Positions 11,234 to 24,908 are shown, numbered from the stretch's first letter. The stretch is DNA of 64,000 nucleotides from Octopus bimaculoides (GCF_001194135.2 NC_068991.1:24275920-24339919), one strand, 5' to 3'. Numbers and translations are program-made. The notes: generated by a model not told the origin, from the letters alone.

Positions 11234-11581
11234 TTGTTGATACAGATATAGTTTGATGTAAATTATTCATATCTGTCCTAGATATTTCATCGTTCCAACT
11301 CAACTACACAAAGAATAAATAAAAAATTTAAATAATCATTATGATGTCTCAAAAGACGGAGCCATACACTACAAGTGTTCGTTTGATTATTTGACTTTTG
11401 CTTAATTATATCTTTCAATGCAAGAAATGCCAAAGTTTGTCATAAGTTTTCAAAAGTAAACTGAACAAAGGAAACACTTTTTTCTAAGAATTAATTGATG
11501 AAAACGTTTTTGGATTATTACGCTAAGACTAAAATTTACCTGTAATCAAAGTTCTTGCAATCATTTGATATAACAAGCTTT

Positions 11582-11794
11582 AAGTCGACGAGCTGGCAGA
11601 AACGTTAAGGCGCCGGGAGAAACGCTTTGCGGCATTTCGTCTGTCTTTACGTTCTGAATTCAAATTCCACCGAGGTCGACTTTGCCTTTAATCCTTTTGG
11701 GTCGATAAATCAAACACTAGTTGCGTACTGGGGTCTATCTAATCGACTGGCTCCCGCCCCAAAAATTTCGGGTCTTGTGCCTAGAGAAGAACAG
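11582..11794 (+). mobile_element. SINE family B with 16-bp TSD
   Basis: gatataacaagcttta at 11567-11582 and 11795-11810. Confidence 0.9.
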
Positions 11795-11817
11795 GATATA
11801 ACAAGCTTTATTTATTT

Positions 11818-12035
11818 AAGCTGACAAGAATCGTTAGTGCACTGGGAAAATGCTTAGCGGTATTTTCTGTCTTTACGTTCTAAGTTCAAATGCTACTGGG
11901 TCGACTTTGCCTTTTGTCCTTTCGGTGTCGGCAAAATAAGTACCAGTTGAGCTCTGGAGTCGATGTAATCGACTAGCCCCCCCACACACCCCACCACCCC
12001 CGAGCTTGTTGGTCTTGTGCCAAAATCTCAAATCC
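11818..12035 (+). mobile_element. SINE family B, older copy
   Basis: gaatcgttagtgcac...aagttcaaatg...aaaataagtaccagttga...gtcttgtgccaaaa. Confidence 0.8.
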
Positions 12036-12119
12036 ACATAACGAGCTTGTAATTTTCAGACAAAAGATAAAAGACCGTATTTGTAATACCCAACAACTTC
12101 AAACACTGCCATATAATAA

Positions 12120-12350
12120 TGATTTCCGGCTAGGGTTTGAGGCGAACAATTATGGGGTTAGAGGTTAGTTGACTACATCAATTCCAGTACTTGTCGGAAT
12201 TTTATCGACCTCCACTCATCTCCTCTCCAACCTTATGAAAGGCAAAATTGACCTTGGCAGGAAATGACCTTAGAACGTAAAAAGACGGAACAAATATCGG
12301 ATGCCAGGTTTTTCGACGCTCTAACGATTCTACCCTAAACATCGCCCTAA
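12120..12350 (-). mobile_element. SINE family B, diverged
   Basis: tatgaaaggcaaaattgacc...ctaacgattct. Confidence 0.65.
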
Positions 12351-12694
12351 ACATAATAATAATGGAAGAGGAGATAAACTAAAAACAATGAGTTCGCTCT
12401 TTGAAAACTGAGTTGAGACATTAATTATGATAACTATCGAGTGAGTTTGGGACTTAAGAAAGTGAAGTGCAGTCTTTCATTCTGAAAACATCAAGACATA
12501 AAGGTTCAAATAATATATACGAAAAGATTATTAAATTACAGCAATATAGAAGAAAGTGTGTAGCAAAGGATCTTTTGGCTGTAGTTTAGAGTTTCTTTTT
12601 GATAAAACTACATATGATAGCTGATTAATTTTTGAATATTGTCCTTAGCGCAAGGCCATACATTTAACGAGAGGATTTAATGTTGAAAAAAGAT

Positions 12695-12850
12695 CGCAGT
12701 ACTTGACTAGTTCCTTATTTTATTGATGACCCGAGAAGGGTTAAAAGCGAAGTTGACCTCGGTGAGATTTGAATTCAACATAAAGGGCCTAAACATTAAT
12801 AAAAAAACATCGCTACAAAGCATTGTCAAGCACTCTAACTGTTCTGCAAA
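12695..12850 (-). mobile_element. SINE family B, diverged fragment
   Basis: aaagcgaagttgacctcggtgagatttgaattc. Confidence 0.55.
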
Positions 12851-12891
12851 ACTCCACTCCTGGAATAATTATCAGCATTATAAATTTTATA

Positions 12892-12983
<92 letters not shown>

Positions 12984-14260
12984 CGCGTGTGTGCGCGCGT
13001 GCGTGTGTGTATTGTTACCACTAACAGCTTCACATATATTGTGTCATTGTCGTGGTTAATAGTGTCCATAGAATAAAGTGGGATTTATTTTTGGTTTATT
13101 GAAGCTGTGGTTGTGCGTTTAACAATGTTTCATTTGCTTTGTACTGCTTGTAAATCGTGTCCTCTTCATTAGTAAATGGTGGGAAAGGACTTCTTCGTTT
13201 GTTGTTGTTGTTGTTGTAAAGACCATATTCCCTAAGTCTGCCAAACAAAATACAAAACAAATATGTATGAAAAAACTGACCTTAAAGCATTAGACTTCTT
13301 CAAACAAGAGATCTTGGACAAAACTTATCTTCATCTGCATGTAAAGCTTGAAATTTGAATGTATAACTTAGGGTATAAACTCCAATAGCCACAAAATTCA
13401 AGTAAGAAGTAGTGAAGACTGGAATCATTAACCTTGAAAAATAAACTAATACCCAGCCATGCACATACTATGGCTAGTATTGGGGCAAGTTAGATATTTT
13501 CAAAGAAGGAACTAATTCTTTCCTAACTCTCGACTGTTTCAATTCCTAAACCGTCCGAACCAATAAGGGAATCTCTATATGTTTGCCCGATGTGGGGGGA
13601 AATAATATCAGATATAACTCCCAAATATTGAATAATAATGCAGACCTAAATCCAGCATGTATGTAAAATAAACGAACCACGTCCACGGCTGGAATATCTT
13701 CCATCATAGATCTATTTGACTAAGATTGATAAAGAATGAAACAACAACCAGAAAAATATAAATATAAATAACAGACGACAGTATTTTAAACGTGCGTGAA
13801 TTAAGCACAAAAATTCGATCAAATCGACTTCAAACCTCAACACAACGTGCTGGAGAAGCTCGACTTTCACTAAAAGTATCATGTTTCATGCATATACTTT
13901 AAAAACAGGCCGTAATTATGTATCACTTAACTTAAATTCCAATTTAAATTCCAATTTGAAGATATCTCAGATTTCCATTTTACATTCGAGAGTTTCCTAA
14001 ATAATGCTGTAAAATACGAAATACGTCAACGGAAAACACTGATTTTCGTATAACCAAGATGGTCTTTTGCAACATTGCATTTTAGGAACATATTTTGACA
14101 TACAAAAATGTAAGTGTATTTTTTCCTTGGATTGATGAAAGCAAAATCTGTTACTCCTGTCTTAAAACCAAGACACTCATTTGTTCGTCGATGCACAATC
14201 AAGTCAGTAGTAGTAGTAGTAGTAGTAGTAATAATAATAATAATGATAATAAGAATAAGA

Positions 14261-14478
14261 ATGCTTTCTGTTATAGGTACAATGCCTGAAATTTTTGTGG
14301 GGTTGGGTACAGTCAATTACATTGAAACCAGTACTCAACTGGTACTTATTTCATTGACCCTGAAACGATAAAAGGCAAAGTCGACCTCGGCAGAATTTGA
14401 ACTCAGAACGTAGCGACTGGCGAATTACCTCTAAGCATTTCGCCCGGAGTACTAACGATTCTGCCAGCACGCCACCTT
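14261..14478 (-). mobile_element. SINE family B
   Basis: aaaggcaaagtcgacctcggcagaatttgaactcagaacg...ctaacgattctgccagcacgccacctt. Confidence 0.85.
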
Positions 14479-14496
14479 AAAATTAATAAAAATAAA

Positions 14497-14602
<106 letters not shown>

Positions 14603-15195
14603 GGCAGTAGCTCTCATTGCTTCTGATCTTAACTGATTGGAAGTGTTATGTACATGCTTTGTCTTGGTGTAAAAGATGAGCTACAGCAAATATTCTGCTT
14701 CTGCTCAATGCCACAGATTTGCTTGTCAGTTCAAAGGAGATTCTTGATCACCTATGTTATTTGTTATAACTTTGATCCCACTTTCTGTAGTCCTACGCAA
14801 AGTCAACGCGCACTATAAGCTGAGAAAGAGTGAACCTCGTCTCAACCACCTTCTCTTCATGGATGATTTTAAACTGTTCGCAAAAGCAGAGCCTGAAATG
14901 GAGAGGCTGGTTGAGACTGTGCAAATGTGCAGCAAGGATATAGGGATATAATTCGGTATCTCGACGTGTGCAGTGCTTACTTTGAAGCGGGGAAAAGAGT
15001 AAATTGTAGGGCATAGAATGATAATGGGTACAAGAACCTTGAGATCCTGGAGATGGACAATATCTTGCATAAAGAAACGAAAGAGATCATCATCATTATA
15101 TTTCAAACGCCTTAATCTTCTTTTGAAATCAAAACTCAACTCAAGGAACCTTGTGACTGCCATCAAAATATGAGCGGTTGCTGTAGTCCGCTATA
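14603..15195 (+). mobile_element. R4/Dong-like LINE fragments (non-coding repeat piece plus RT piece)
   Basis: 14603-14730 matches the reverse complement of 61620-61700. From 14731 the frame reads LIPLSVVLRK...NHLLFMDDFKLFAK...SKDIG, then ELNSRNL. Confidence 0.75.
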
Positions 15196-16782
15196 GTGGT
15201 GGTGGTGGTGGTGGTGGTGGTGGTGGTGGTGGTGAGGATGATTTATGACGATTAACATCACTGATTTGCAGAGGAAAGTAGACAGAATACTTTTGTTTGA
15301 CCGTTTTTCAAGGGCACCCATACGCGTTTCCTCAACCCCTTATCATGGTCAGTATTGAGGTAAAGATTTATTGGCCAAAAGTCATTAATTACATCTTCCA
15401 CGTCAGTGTCTTAGCCCGTCTCACAGAACCGGGAGTTCTCTTTTTCTCCTGCCAGTTGCAGTTCATGTCTGCCAAAACGTGGACAAACAAGTCTGGCATA
15501 TATCCGTAAACCTCATAGGGTAGACCGTTCAAACCCAACGATCTGCTCTACATACAACCACTTGCCACCAACTACATTCCAGTTGCTGTTATCGGCTTTT
15601 TGCAACACTCCGCATCTTTTGCCGAGAGCTATGACAAGCCATCGAGATAGGTACTAAAGCCAGCAACCGTCTCCGTTCTACCGCCTGCCCAATTAAGCGA
15701 AGTGCCGCTGTAATGTCGTACACATCTGTTTGAAATCGGATATCACGTGGCCTTTCCGATCTGTCAGAGACCAATTGTGGATATGCTATCATGCCGCACC
15801 TTTGCCACCCAGGCCCATCGAGTAGCTTTCGTTCGTACCATTAGCTTCGTGTTTCGCATTGAAGAAATGTTCAAGAACCATTATCTCTGTTGGCATGTCA
15901 GTTGTTTCAGTTGTAGTACCCTTACTAATCAACTCTTGTAATTTATCAACTCTCACTCTAATCTCTTTTTCCTAATACTACTCTTTGCGAATTTCTACTG
16001 TAATTGCTCTCCTCAGAAAATACCTCCACTGGTTGTTGGCGGTCACCTTCGTCAAGTGTTCAAGTGCTGCTAAACTTAAACGTTAATTAGGTTTCTGTAA
16101 GCTTTATACACCAAGAACAGTGTGTTCAGCTTCAAGGAGCCAGGTTCTAATTAGTTCTAACTAAGTTGACTATGCAGATCACAAACTTGTGGCCTGTCTG
16201 ACCAACCACTTGAAATTATAGACATTCTACAGTATCTCTGTCTGCTAGTCAAGCCAATACTTTATCTAAATGTCATCTGGATGATTCGATTCCGTTGTTC
16301 CCCGTCCTCACTGGCACATTCTAGAAATCTAATCAGTACCTGTCAGAAAGCTGAATAGCTGAGAGATTTTACATACCCCTATCCTATCGGTTAGTTCCAC
16401 AAACATGATGTTCAAAGGAAAAGCGAAACAGCTGCAGCTTGGTTCCAGTGTTGTCGTAGGCGACAACAAGGCATCCAGCCTGATGTTCTTAAAGTTCCGT
16501 CAATCCACTGTCCTAAATACCTTTGTATTTGACCCCGAAAAGATTAAATTTGACCTCCACAAGATTTGAACTCAGGACACAGAATCAAAACAAATAAAAG
16601 AAGGCTTTCCTGTCTGCCGACTTTCGATTCTGATGATTCTCCATCTTTGTAATATTTTAACATTTTGACAGAAAACTAGTTTCATTGATATATCATATTT
16701 TTATATGTCTGTTTGTGTGTTTTTGTTTTATGCCATTTGATAGTACATTTGCCTTCGTTTCCTTTTATTTACCCTCTTTCAG

Positions 16783-17008
16783 GTTATTCGAAAAATACCC
16801 AGATGTTCAAGATATATTTATTCCATTCAAAGGTCAAAGCCTTGAAGATCTTAGTAATAATGACCGAATGCGTGAACATGGTTTACAAGTAATGCGGACA
16901 GTTGAGAAGGCCATTGCTAGATTGGATCAACCCGCGAAACTTGAATCCATGCTGTTTGAACTGGGTCAAAAACATGTCATGTTTGACACTAAAGTAGACT
17001 ACATGGAC
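16783..17008 (+). CDS. Globin coding exon 2: (R)LFEKYPDVQDIFIPFKGQSLEDLSNNDRMREHGLQVMRTVEKAIARLDQPAKLESMLFELGQKHVMFDTKVDYMD
   Basis: Pyrimidine tract plus ttcag acceptor at 16782; the first G completes the AGG codon from exon 1. Pro C2, Phe CD1, distal His E7 (16877-16879) and proximal His F8 (16973-16975) are present. Donor is GAC|gtaagt at 17008/17009, phase 0 (G7.0). Confidence 0.96.
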
Positions 17009-17086
17009 GTAAGTAGTATAGAGTTCATTACTTTATTCTTAACGATAGACAGTCGATGCAATCAAGACTAACGAATATGTCAAATG

Positions 17087-17130
<44 letters not shown>

Positions 17131-17426
17131 TTAGACAAGCTTGGACAGACAATAAATACATGAGCGTCCCTCTGCATATCTCGATTTATCTAAAGCTAGG
17201 TATGTTTTATACTGAGAGTGCCTGATAAATAATTCGAAATTTAATTGGAGCTATGGTAATTATGTATATACGAATGAATAGAACGGGATGGAGAAATATC
17301 AAATATTTCATACAAACTAAAAATACCTATATATACCTATATATATTACCTTAATTCGTGACATGAATTATACATCTGTGCGTTGTTAATATAGCTCATT
17401 AGTCGGAAAGTAGTAAGGCTGTATTT

Positions 17427-17488
<62 letters not shown>

Positions 17489-17933
17489 TATAGATAGATA
17501 GATAGATAGGGGGAGGAGGGGGAGGGGAAAGAGGGAGAGAGGAGAGAGAGAAGAGAGATAGAGGAGAGAGAGAGGAGAGAGAGAGGAGAGAGAGGAGAGA
17601 GAGGAGAGAGAGAGAATTGTCAAGAAAGAATAAACAACGCAAGCAAAACTAACTGCGAGAAAGATAGAAGTAAAAAGATTGAAACAGACATATCTGATAG
17701 AAAAGAAACAAACAAACAAGCAAACAAACACTGAATGAATGGATGGATGGATGGATGGATGGATGGATGGATGGATGGATGGATTGATGGATGGATGGAT
17801 AATTGAATGAATGGAAGGAAGGATGGATGGATGATTGAAGGAAGAACAGGGCAAATAATTTCTAGAGTAATCGAAATCCTTGCTACGCAAAGACTGTCAG
17901 TAACCATACAAAAATAGTAATGGCGCAAACTGC

Positions 17934-17986
17934 TGTCAGGGTTGAAGATATAAGTGTTCCTTTGATGAAACGTAAACCCATTGACA
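17934..17986 (+). ncRNA. Degenerate hammerhead relic (core lacks C3-U4)
   Basis: TGTCA-GGGTT-[CT absent]GAAGA...GAAAC-GTA-AACCC-AT-TGACA. Stem I has 10 bp with a 2-nt bulge, ACGT stem III, GUA triplet. Stem II is weak. Confidence 0.45.
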
Positions 17987-18190
17987 TTTTATCTATTGTG
18001 AAATGAAATTGTAGACATGAAAGCAGGAAGATATTAGATCAAGAATTTGGAGAATAGGGAATATAAAGGGGTGAAATGCAAAAACTTCTTAGAACAATAA
18101 GAAAAGGATACCAGAAGAGGAGAAAGAAATTGAAGCTACTTATACACGTACATAAGTGCTTATATATATGTATGTGTGTGTGTATGTATG

Positions 18191-18223
<33 letters not shown>

Positions 18224-18509
18224 NNNNNNNNNNNNNNNNNNNNNNNNNNNNNNNNNNNTGTGTGTGTATGTATATATATATATATATATACATACACACA
18301 CACATATATGCGTGTGTGCGTGTGTGTGTGTGTGTGTGTGTTTGTGTGTGTTTGTATTATGTATGTATGCACAATGGTATGAAAGAATGACGTGTGGCAT
18401 GTATTCCTGCGTTGTTACACGTCATCAAACATGAGTACCTATTTTGTCCCTCACAAATTTATCGGAATAATAGTTCTGATATATAAGCACAGCAAACAGT
18501 AGATCTGAA

Positions 18510-18938
18510 TATATTGTCGTGTATATTATGGTCGTCTAAACTACGTAAAAATGAAAATGACACTGACACCTCATTTTAACAGATATATTTACCAAAATTA
18601 CATGAACTTATCTTGAAATACTAAAGAGTAAATTTATTCAATATAATCGCCATTGGCTTCAACCATGGCCTCCAGACGACTTCAGAATCTCCTGCAACTC
18701 TTCTGGAAGGTCTACTTGTTTAATTTGGTGAATGCTGCCATAATCCTTGCCTTCAGTTCATTTTTGGTCTTAAAAGGAGTTTTGTTGGTTTCTCGCTCAA
18801 CTGCGATACACACATAATAATCAAGCGAGTTACCATCTGGGAAGTTAGGTGGCCAGATATTAGAGGTTATGAGGTCGCAGAAATTGTCTGACAGTCATGA
18901 CTGGGTTCTCCTGCTTGTGTGGCATGGTGCAGAGTCCT
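18510..18938 (-). mobile_element. maT (DD37D) 3' fragment, same family as 25900-26750
   Basis: Reverse complement aligns with 26340-26750 (DSAPCHTS...WPPN). Confidence 0.8.
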
Positions 18939-19669
18939 ATTGTCTTCTCGGTATGTGTATACAAAAGCAGCAAATTAAGTGATACAGCTTCATTATTACA
19001 AAATATCAATAACAAATATCTTCCTGTTCATGTTTATACAGAGACCACAGGTTTCCTCACAGTTTTCTTTTTGTAAATTTGTTTCATAGAGCTTTAATTG
19101 AACCAAAGATATGGAAGAAGAAAGTTATGCAGAAGCTTTCATTGTAGCATCGTACCCAGAGCCACGTGATGAAGAAGCGAACCTTTCAATCATATGGCTG
19201 TGCCTGCACTCCTACTTGCTTCCGTTCTCTTCCTGTTTAGGTTCGCTGTTAAATACCAGAAAGACTTGTTGAACATTTTGTTTATGCATAGATCGTTGTC
19301 AGTCCAGTTGTGGTACGCGAACTTGTGAAATTTTAGTAAGGAGTCAGACGCTTTGCTCAGTCGACTGATGCAATTACAAACACGTTCTTCAAAAATGAAT
19401 GGGTGACAATGTTTGGTATGAACATTAATTGACAAGAAACAATGGACTACTTATGAAGGAAATGAAAGCATTTAAAATAAAATGGAAGAAGCTGTGAATG
19501 AAAATAGGCTTTGGAATAAGTAAGATTATGAACATGAAAGATAATTTCATAGGAACCAAAAAAACACAAGTTTAGAAATAACGGTGAAAGATTAGTTACG
19601 AAAGTGGCAGATTTGGGGGAGAAAATAGAAAACGTAAATTTTATGAGTCTGACTGGGTCCATAAAATTT

Positions 19670-19705
<36 letters not shown>

Positions 19706-19789
19706 AAGCGACAGATAGAGAGGCAAATAGATATACTGAAATACAGAGGCATATGTACATACCTAAGGTGATACAAATAAATAATAATA

Positions 19790-19975
19790 AAATAAATGCG
19801 TCCCTTTTAAAGCCTAGCCAGGCTCATGGGCCCCAGTTTCTATGGAGCATGTGTTCCCCAGCTGGACGGAACCCCAGTCCATCGCAGCGTTACTCATTTT
19901 TGCCAGCTAAGTGGACTGGAGCAACGTGAAATGAAGTGTTTTGCTCAAGAACACAAAGCGTCGCCCGGTACATAT
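19790..19975 (-). mobile_element. tRNA-derived SINE, family C, partial
   Basis: cttgagcaaaacacttcatttcacgttgctccagtccac on the minus strand, shared with 24618 and 50314. Confidence 0.75.
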
Positions 19976-20224
19976 ATANNNNNNNNNNNNNNNNNNNNNN
20001 NNNNNNNNNNNNNNNNNNNNNNNNNNNNNNNNNNNNNNNNNNNNNNNNNNNNNNNNNNNNNNNNNNNNNNNNNNNNNNNNNNNNNNNNNNNNNNNNNNNN
20101 NNNNNNNNNNNNNATATAATAAAAGAAGGAAAATGCACACAGTTTACATAGTTTTAATATGTTTTTTAATATATTTTATAAGTGAAAGATTATTGTGTTT
20201 GATTATTGCATATCTAGACATGCG

Positions 20225-20900
20225 CATATATATTTAAATGATAAACCGTTTGTCCAGAGAGAATCCAATGGATGTAAAGGATGCCTTTTTTGTCGAAAAA
20301 GAGTATCATTATGAGCTTCCCGGTGGACTTGCTTTACCTGACTTTCTTGGTTCTGGGGAGTTATAATGCTTCCAATGGGCAATCTTTCCCTTTCCATAAC
20401 AGTAGATCCAGCTTTCGTCACAGGTCACCAGAGACTCTAGTCGTCTTGGATTGGAGTTAATGAGCTCAACCACCTGCCTGTTGTCACCAACATGTCTTTC
20501 TTTCTGTTCGTCACTGAGTACCCGGGGAACGAACCTTGCATAAATTTTGCGTATTTTCAGATCTTCGCTAATAATTCTGTCCAGAGTTGTCACACTAACT
20601 GCAAACTGTACACTTATTGTCTTTATAGAAACACAAGTCTTAATTCAGAAAACTGCGAATTTTCTCAACCAGCCCTGATGTTCTGACGTCCCTCTTCCTT
20701 TTACTCCTCTCATTGTTTCTCACGCCCCTCTGACGTCCTTGAACCTCTTGTTCTTAATAAAAATAGATGCTAGGTTCATACAAGTTAATCTATAAACCGT
20801 CTGACGCATTTCATAAGTTTCTGTAGTGTTTTTTTCCCAGTTTAACACAAAACTTTATTGCATAGCTAGCTTTCAACTGTCTTCACATCCCAACTGCATT
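20225..20900 (-). mobile_element. Mariner transposase remnant
   Basis: VKLGKNTTETYEM, KIYARFVPRVLSDEQK, and LVTCDESWIYCY (first catalytic Asp). Confidence 0.85.
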
Positions 20901-21169
20901 CTGAAAACCAGTCAGGCATGACAAGTAATGTTTAGAAAGATGTGTTCAGCCGTGTCCATCAGCCTGGGATAAAATAGTTGGTAGGTCAGTATATTAGATA
21001 TTACAATAAACTAGAACAGTTATAACTGCCTGAAATGCCTCAAAACATCTGGAATGTATCTCATGTCTGTTTATGTGTATTTATATTCATATGTTGGTAC
21101 TCCATGTCAAGCTTTTGACATGATTAATTCCGTCTATGATTTGTATTTTTCATACCAAATACCTATTCT

Positions 21170-21320
21170 CAGTGAACTGGCCCATTATTTGTATTTTGTT
21201 CTTCTGATAAACTGATTTTACCAATGCTCCTTGGGAAGAGATCTGTATCACCTCTTATTTCATATTTCTCAAGTTCATTAGCTATCCTAATTAGGTTGTT
21301 GCTTTCATGGTTACACACTT
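21170..21320 (-). mobile_element. Possible LINE AP-endonuclease N-terminal fragment
   Basis: LIRIANELEKYEI resembles the xARELxRYxI motif at the start of RTE/CR1 endonucleases. Short match. Confidence 0.35.
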
Positions 21321-23604
21321 GGGTAAGATGTATGTGTGTGTATGTCTGTCTGTCTGTATGGATGGATGGATGGATGGATGGATGGATGGACATCTTCAAA
21401 GTGGAGACCTGATCCGAATATTTGCAATAGAGTGGATAACACTAAAGCCAGCCTGGGATCAATTGTAATCCCAGGCTGGTTTTAACAAAATCCATTCTAT
21501 CGTGGTGTTAAACCGAGTGACAGATTAACTCTAAAACCCAAACAGAGTGAGATATTTAATCTATTGTAAGATATTTAATCCACGTTTGGATATGCATTAT
21601 AATAGACTGAACTGAATTCATAGAGAATGCAACCTGTTTGTAAGTGCTGGTCTTCTGAATAACAGACGGCAAGAACAATTCATAGACAGCTCTGAGTCTG
21701 TTAATACAACTTCTCTAGTCCTAATATCATTATAACACTGTTTCTCTTCTTTTAATTTTTTAGCACTACTTCCGGTTTAACATGTCCTCTTGGTTGCCGG
21801 GGTTTACTGAGTTACAAGCATGCATACTAATTCTTCAAGTTGAGTGTAATATGTTGATGCATCGTTTACTACTACACTTCTCTTTGCGTAGTGTTTATTG
21901 TTTAAGCGAAAAAGTTTTTTCCAGCGTAGGACCATCACAAGATTGGACAGGAGCTTAGCCATTTGAGTATCGTTTCAGGAGTCTGCCGTATCAGTTGGTG
22001 TATGAATTCAACTTCTTTAGCTTGTTGGTGTTACATCCAGTGAGTTCATAATTCGAAAGCACGAATTTATCCAACTAATATCAGTCGCCCGGTTATTTCT
22101 CCTCGATTTGGCATCTCTTTCTCTCCTCTCCCAAAATAATCTACTTTATAAGAAATACAGAAATTAATATTGCTTAGTTATCAATAAAACGTATTATCTA
22201 TAAATGTATGTGACAACAATACTATCTTGCTGAAGTTTATGTAGGAATTCTTATGACAATACACTGACTAGACTTAAGTTTGTTAATGAATTCTTTGAAT
22301 AAGAATAACATGTCTGAATTGAAAAGCGAATAACAATAAGTTGAGTGTAAGGTTATCCATTGTTTGCGTTCAACTCGTTCAATAATCTGTGTTGGAACTA
22401 TCCGATAATTCATTGCTTTTACCATCGGAAATATCGTGTTATTTCCGAGCTTTAGTGCTTTAAGCATAACAGGAAAAAAAGTAGAATGCTTATTCCTTTG
22501 ACTTTATGATTTACATTTTCATGAAACCTCTATTTATTCAGCAATCAATGCAGGTAATAAATGTTCTAGAATGTCGCTTTTTATTCTTGTTTCATTCATT
22601 ACTTTATTTCTCATGTAATAACGAAAGGAAACATCTCATATCTTGTTTCAATGAAAGAAGCATTTGACACTCTGTCTACAGGTAATATACCCAATTAAGC
22701 AGTCACGAGTGTGTATTAAGAGGATATTACCATGGCTTCTGCAATTCATCTCGGTTTGTTGTATAAAAATAATGCTTTCAATAGTTACGTTTTGAAACAT
22801 ACAAGAGAACATAAAGTTTATTAGCACGAGTTTTGTTTGTTTGTAGGTCTTCAGTGGAGTCATTTTATTTATTAGTTGAACGAGATTTGATGGTATTGCA
22901 CTGAAAATACCGTACTTTGTCTCTGGAAATATACATTGCTCTCAACTGTCCACTTCGCAGCAAATAATTACTATGTAGAAGCAATGAGTTTTAGAATTAT
23001 AAGAAGCGTCAGTACGTTATAATTGGTTTCCATTAACTAAATTCTTATATTTTAAGAGAGCCATGGAGAATGTGAGGAAGAAGAAAAAGAACTACTGCGA
23101 CCGAAAGAATAATAAAACTACTGCGACTGACATTCGATTGCATTCTGGTCGCAACTTTGACTGCATTTTTCTTTATTCATTTAAAGCGCTGAGATAAAAT
23201 CATCCGTCTGCCAAAAGCTAAACTTATTGAGAAAAAAGTCGGTACCATTTCGTTGTATCATCTTGTCTAACCACTGCATGAAAGTGAGGAAGCTTCTACG
23301 TAGCGACTTTACCCTCACGACATAGCAGTCAAATCTCCCTTGTATCATATCCTACTGTCTTAAAAAAAACAAAAGATAAGATAATATAGTCCGCAGTAAA
23401 AAAGTAAAAGGTCGGATGGGCGTAAACGGAAGGCCTTCAATTATAGGTCTGCTGGATCGACCTTGACCAGAAACTAAACAAGAACAATTACATGACAGAA
23501 GGAGGACTGTACGTAATTACACGAACAACTATAAATAGCAGCCAAATCTCCCTCAACTCAAACACCCTCGTCTTTAATAAAAGAATCCTAAACAACCATA
23601 AAAT

Positions 23605-24040
23605 ATGGCCTGAAATTCGGTGGGAGGGAGATAATCGATTACATCGACCCCAGTGCTCAACTAATACTTATTTTATGAACTTTGAAAAGAAGAAAAGCAA
23701 AAGCAAAGTCTACTTCGGCGGCATTTGAACTCAGAGCGTGAAGCCAGAAGAAATGCCGCTAAGCATTTTCTCCGGAGTACTAATGAGCCTACCACCTCGC
23801 TACTTTACCCAACGATCTAGTAGTTATCCTTTCTATTATAGGAATAAGGCCCGAAATTTGTGAGGGAGGGGGATTAGTCGATTACACTGACTCGAGTGCT
23901 CAACTAGTACTTATTTTATCGACCTTAGAGGATGAAAAGCAAAGTCGACCTCGTCGGTATTTGAACCCAGAACATAAAATCATAAAAGCTGCGAAGCATT
24001 TTGTCCGGCGTGTTAACGATTCCGTCAGCTTACCACCTTC
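23605..24040 (-). mobile_element. Two head-to-tail SINE family B copies (about 23605-23805 and 23826-24040)
   Basis: Both carry the caaagtc(t/g)ac...tttgaac(t/c)caga B-box region and the gcatttt...ccgg...taa A-box region. Confidence 0.8.
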
Positions 24041-24617
24041 CAACAACCTAATAATTGATAAAATATAGCTGCCTTTAAAAATTTTCAAAATCTTTTTATG
24101 TAACTTTGTGTCCAACACGCGAGCAAAATCCACCGCTTTATATTATAATATATGCCGCAATATGTAATATATATAAGTCACAATGTGTCACATATGCTGT
24201 AGTACGTAAATATATGCCATAATAACAAATGTATGACATTAAACTGCATCCGATGGTGAGGATCCAGTTTGGGAGTTCTGGAGTTGTGGGGAGTGCAAAT
24301 TACCGTAAATTACTTTAATTACCGTTACCCCTAGCTCCGTTCTGACCCGGAACGGTAGTACATCTATGGGTTAAATAAATTTTTGTAAGGATAGACTGAA
24401 CTCCTTAACTACGGTTAATCAATCTAGAAGGAAAACACTAAAAATATTACCCACTTCCAGCATGCCCTAAGTCAACACGGAGTATGGCTGATGAAATTAA
24501 CATGAGATAAGTCCAATAACATTGATCTCATGCTTCTGCATATTCTGCTGCAGCAGAGATAGCGGGAAATGATTGACGAATGTATCTCACAACGTGTGAC
24601 AGTTTATATCACAATAA

Positions 24618-24908
24618 TTGGCATTCCGTCAGTTACGATGACGAGGGTTTCAGTTGATGCTCGTGTAATTAACGTGCAAGTGGCTGAGCATTCCACAGAC
24701 ACGCATACCCTTGACGTAGTTTTCAGGGAAATTCAGCGTGACACAGAATTTGACAAGGCTGGCCCTTTTGAAGTACAGGTACAGTTGAGTGGACAAGAGT
24801 AACGTGAAATAAAATCTTGCTCAAGGACACAATGCGCCACCAGGAATCGAACTCGCGACCTAACGATCATGAGCTGATTACCCTAAACATTAAGCCACGT
24901 GCCTTCAC
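24618..24908 (-). mobile_element. SINE family C
   Basis: Minus-strand head gtgaaggcacgtggctta...gagttcgattcc and tail matching 50314-50587. Confidence 0.8.

Noticed and set aside
15240-15950. LTR retrotransposon gag remnant on the minus strand
   Set aside because: It is GC-richer and coding-like, but only vague motif resemblance was found, which is not enough to classify.
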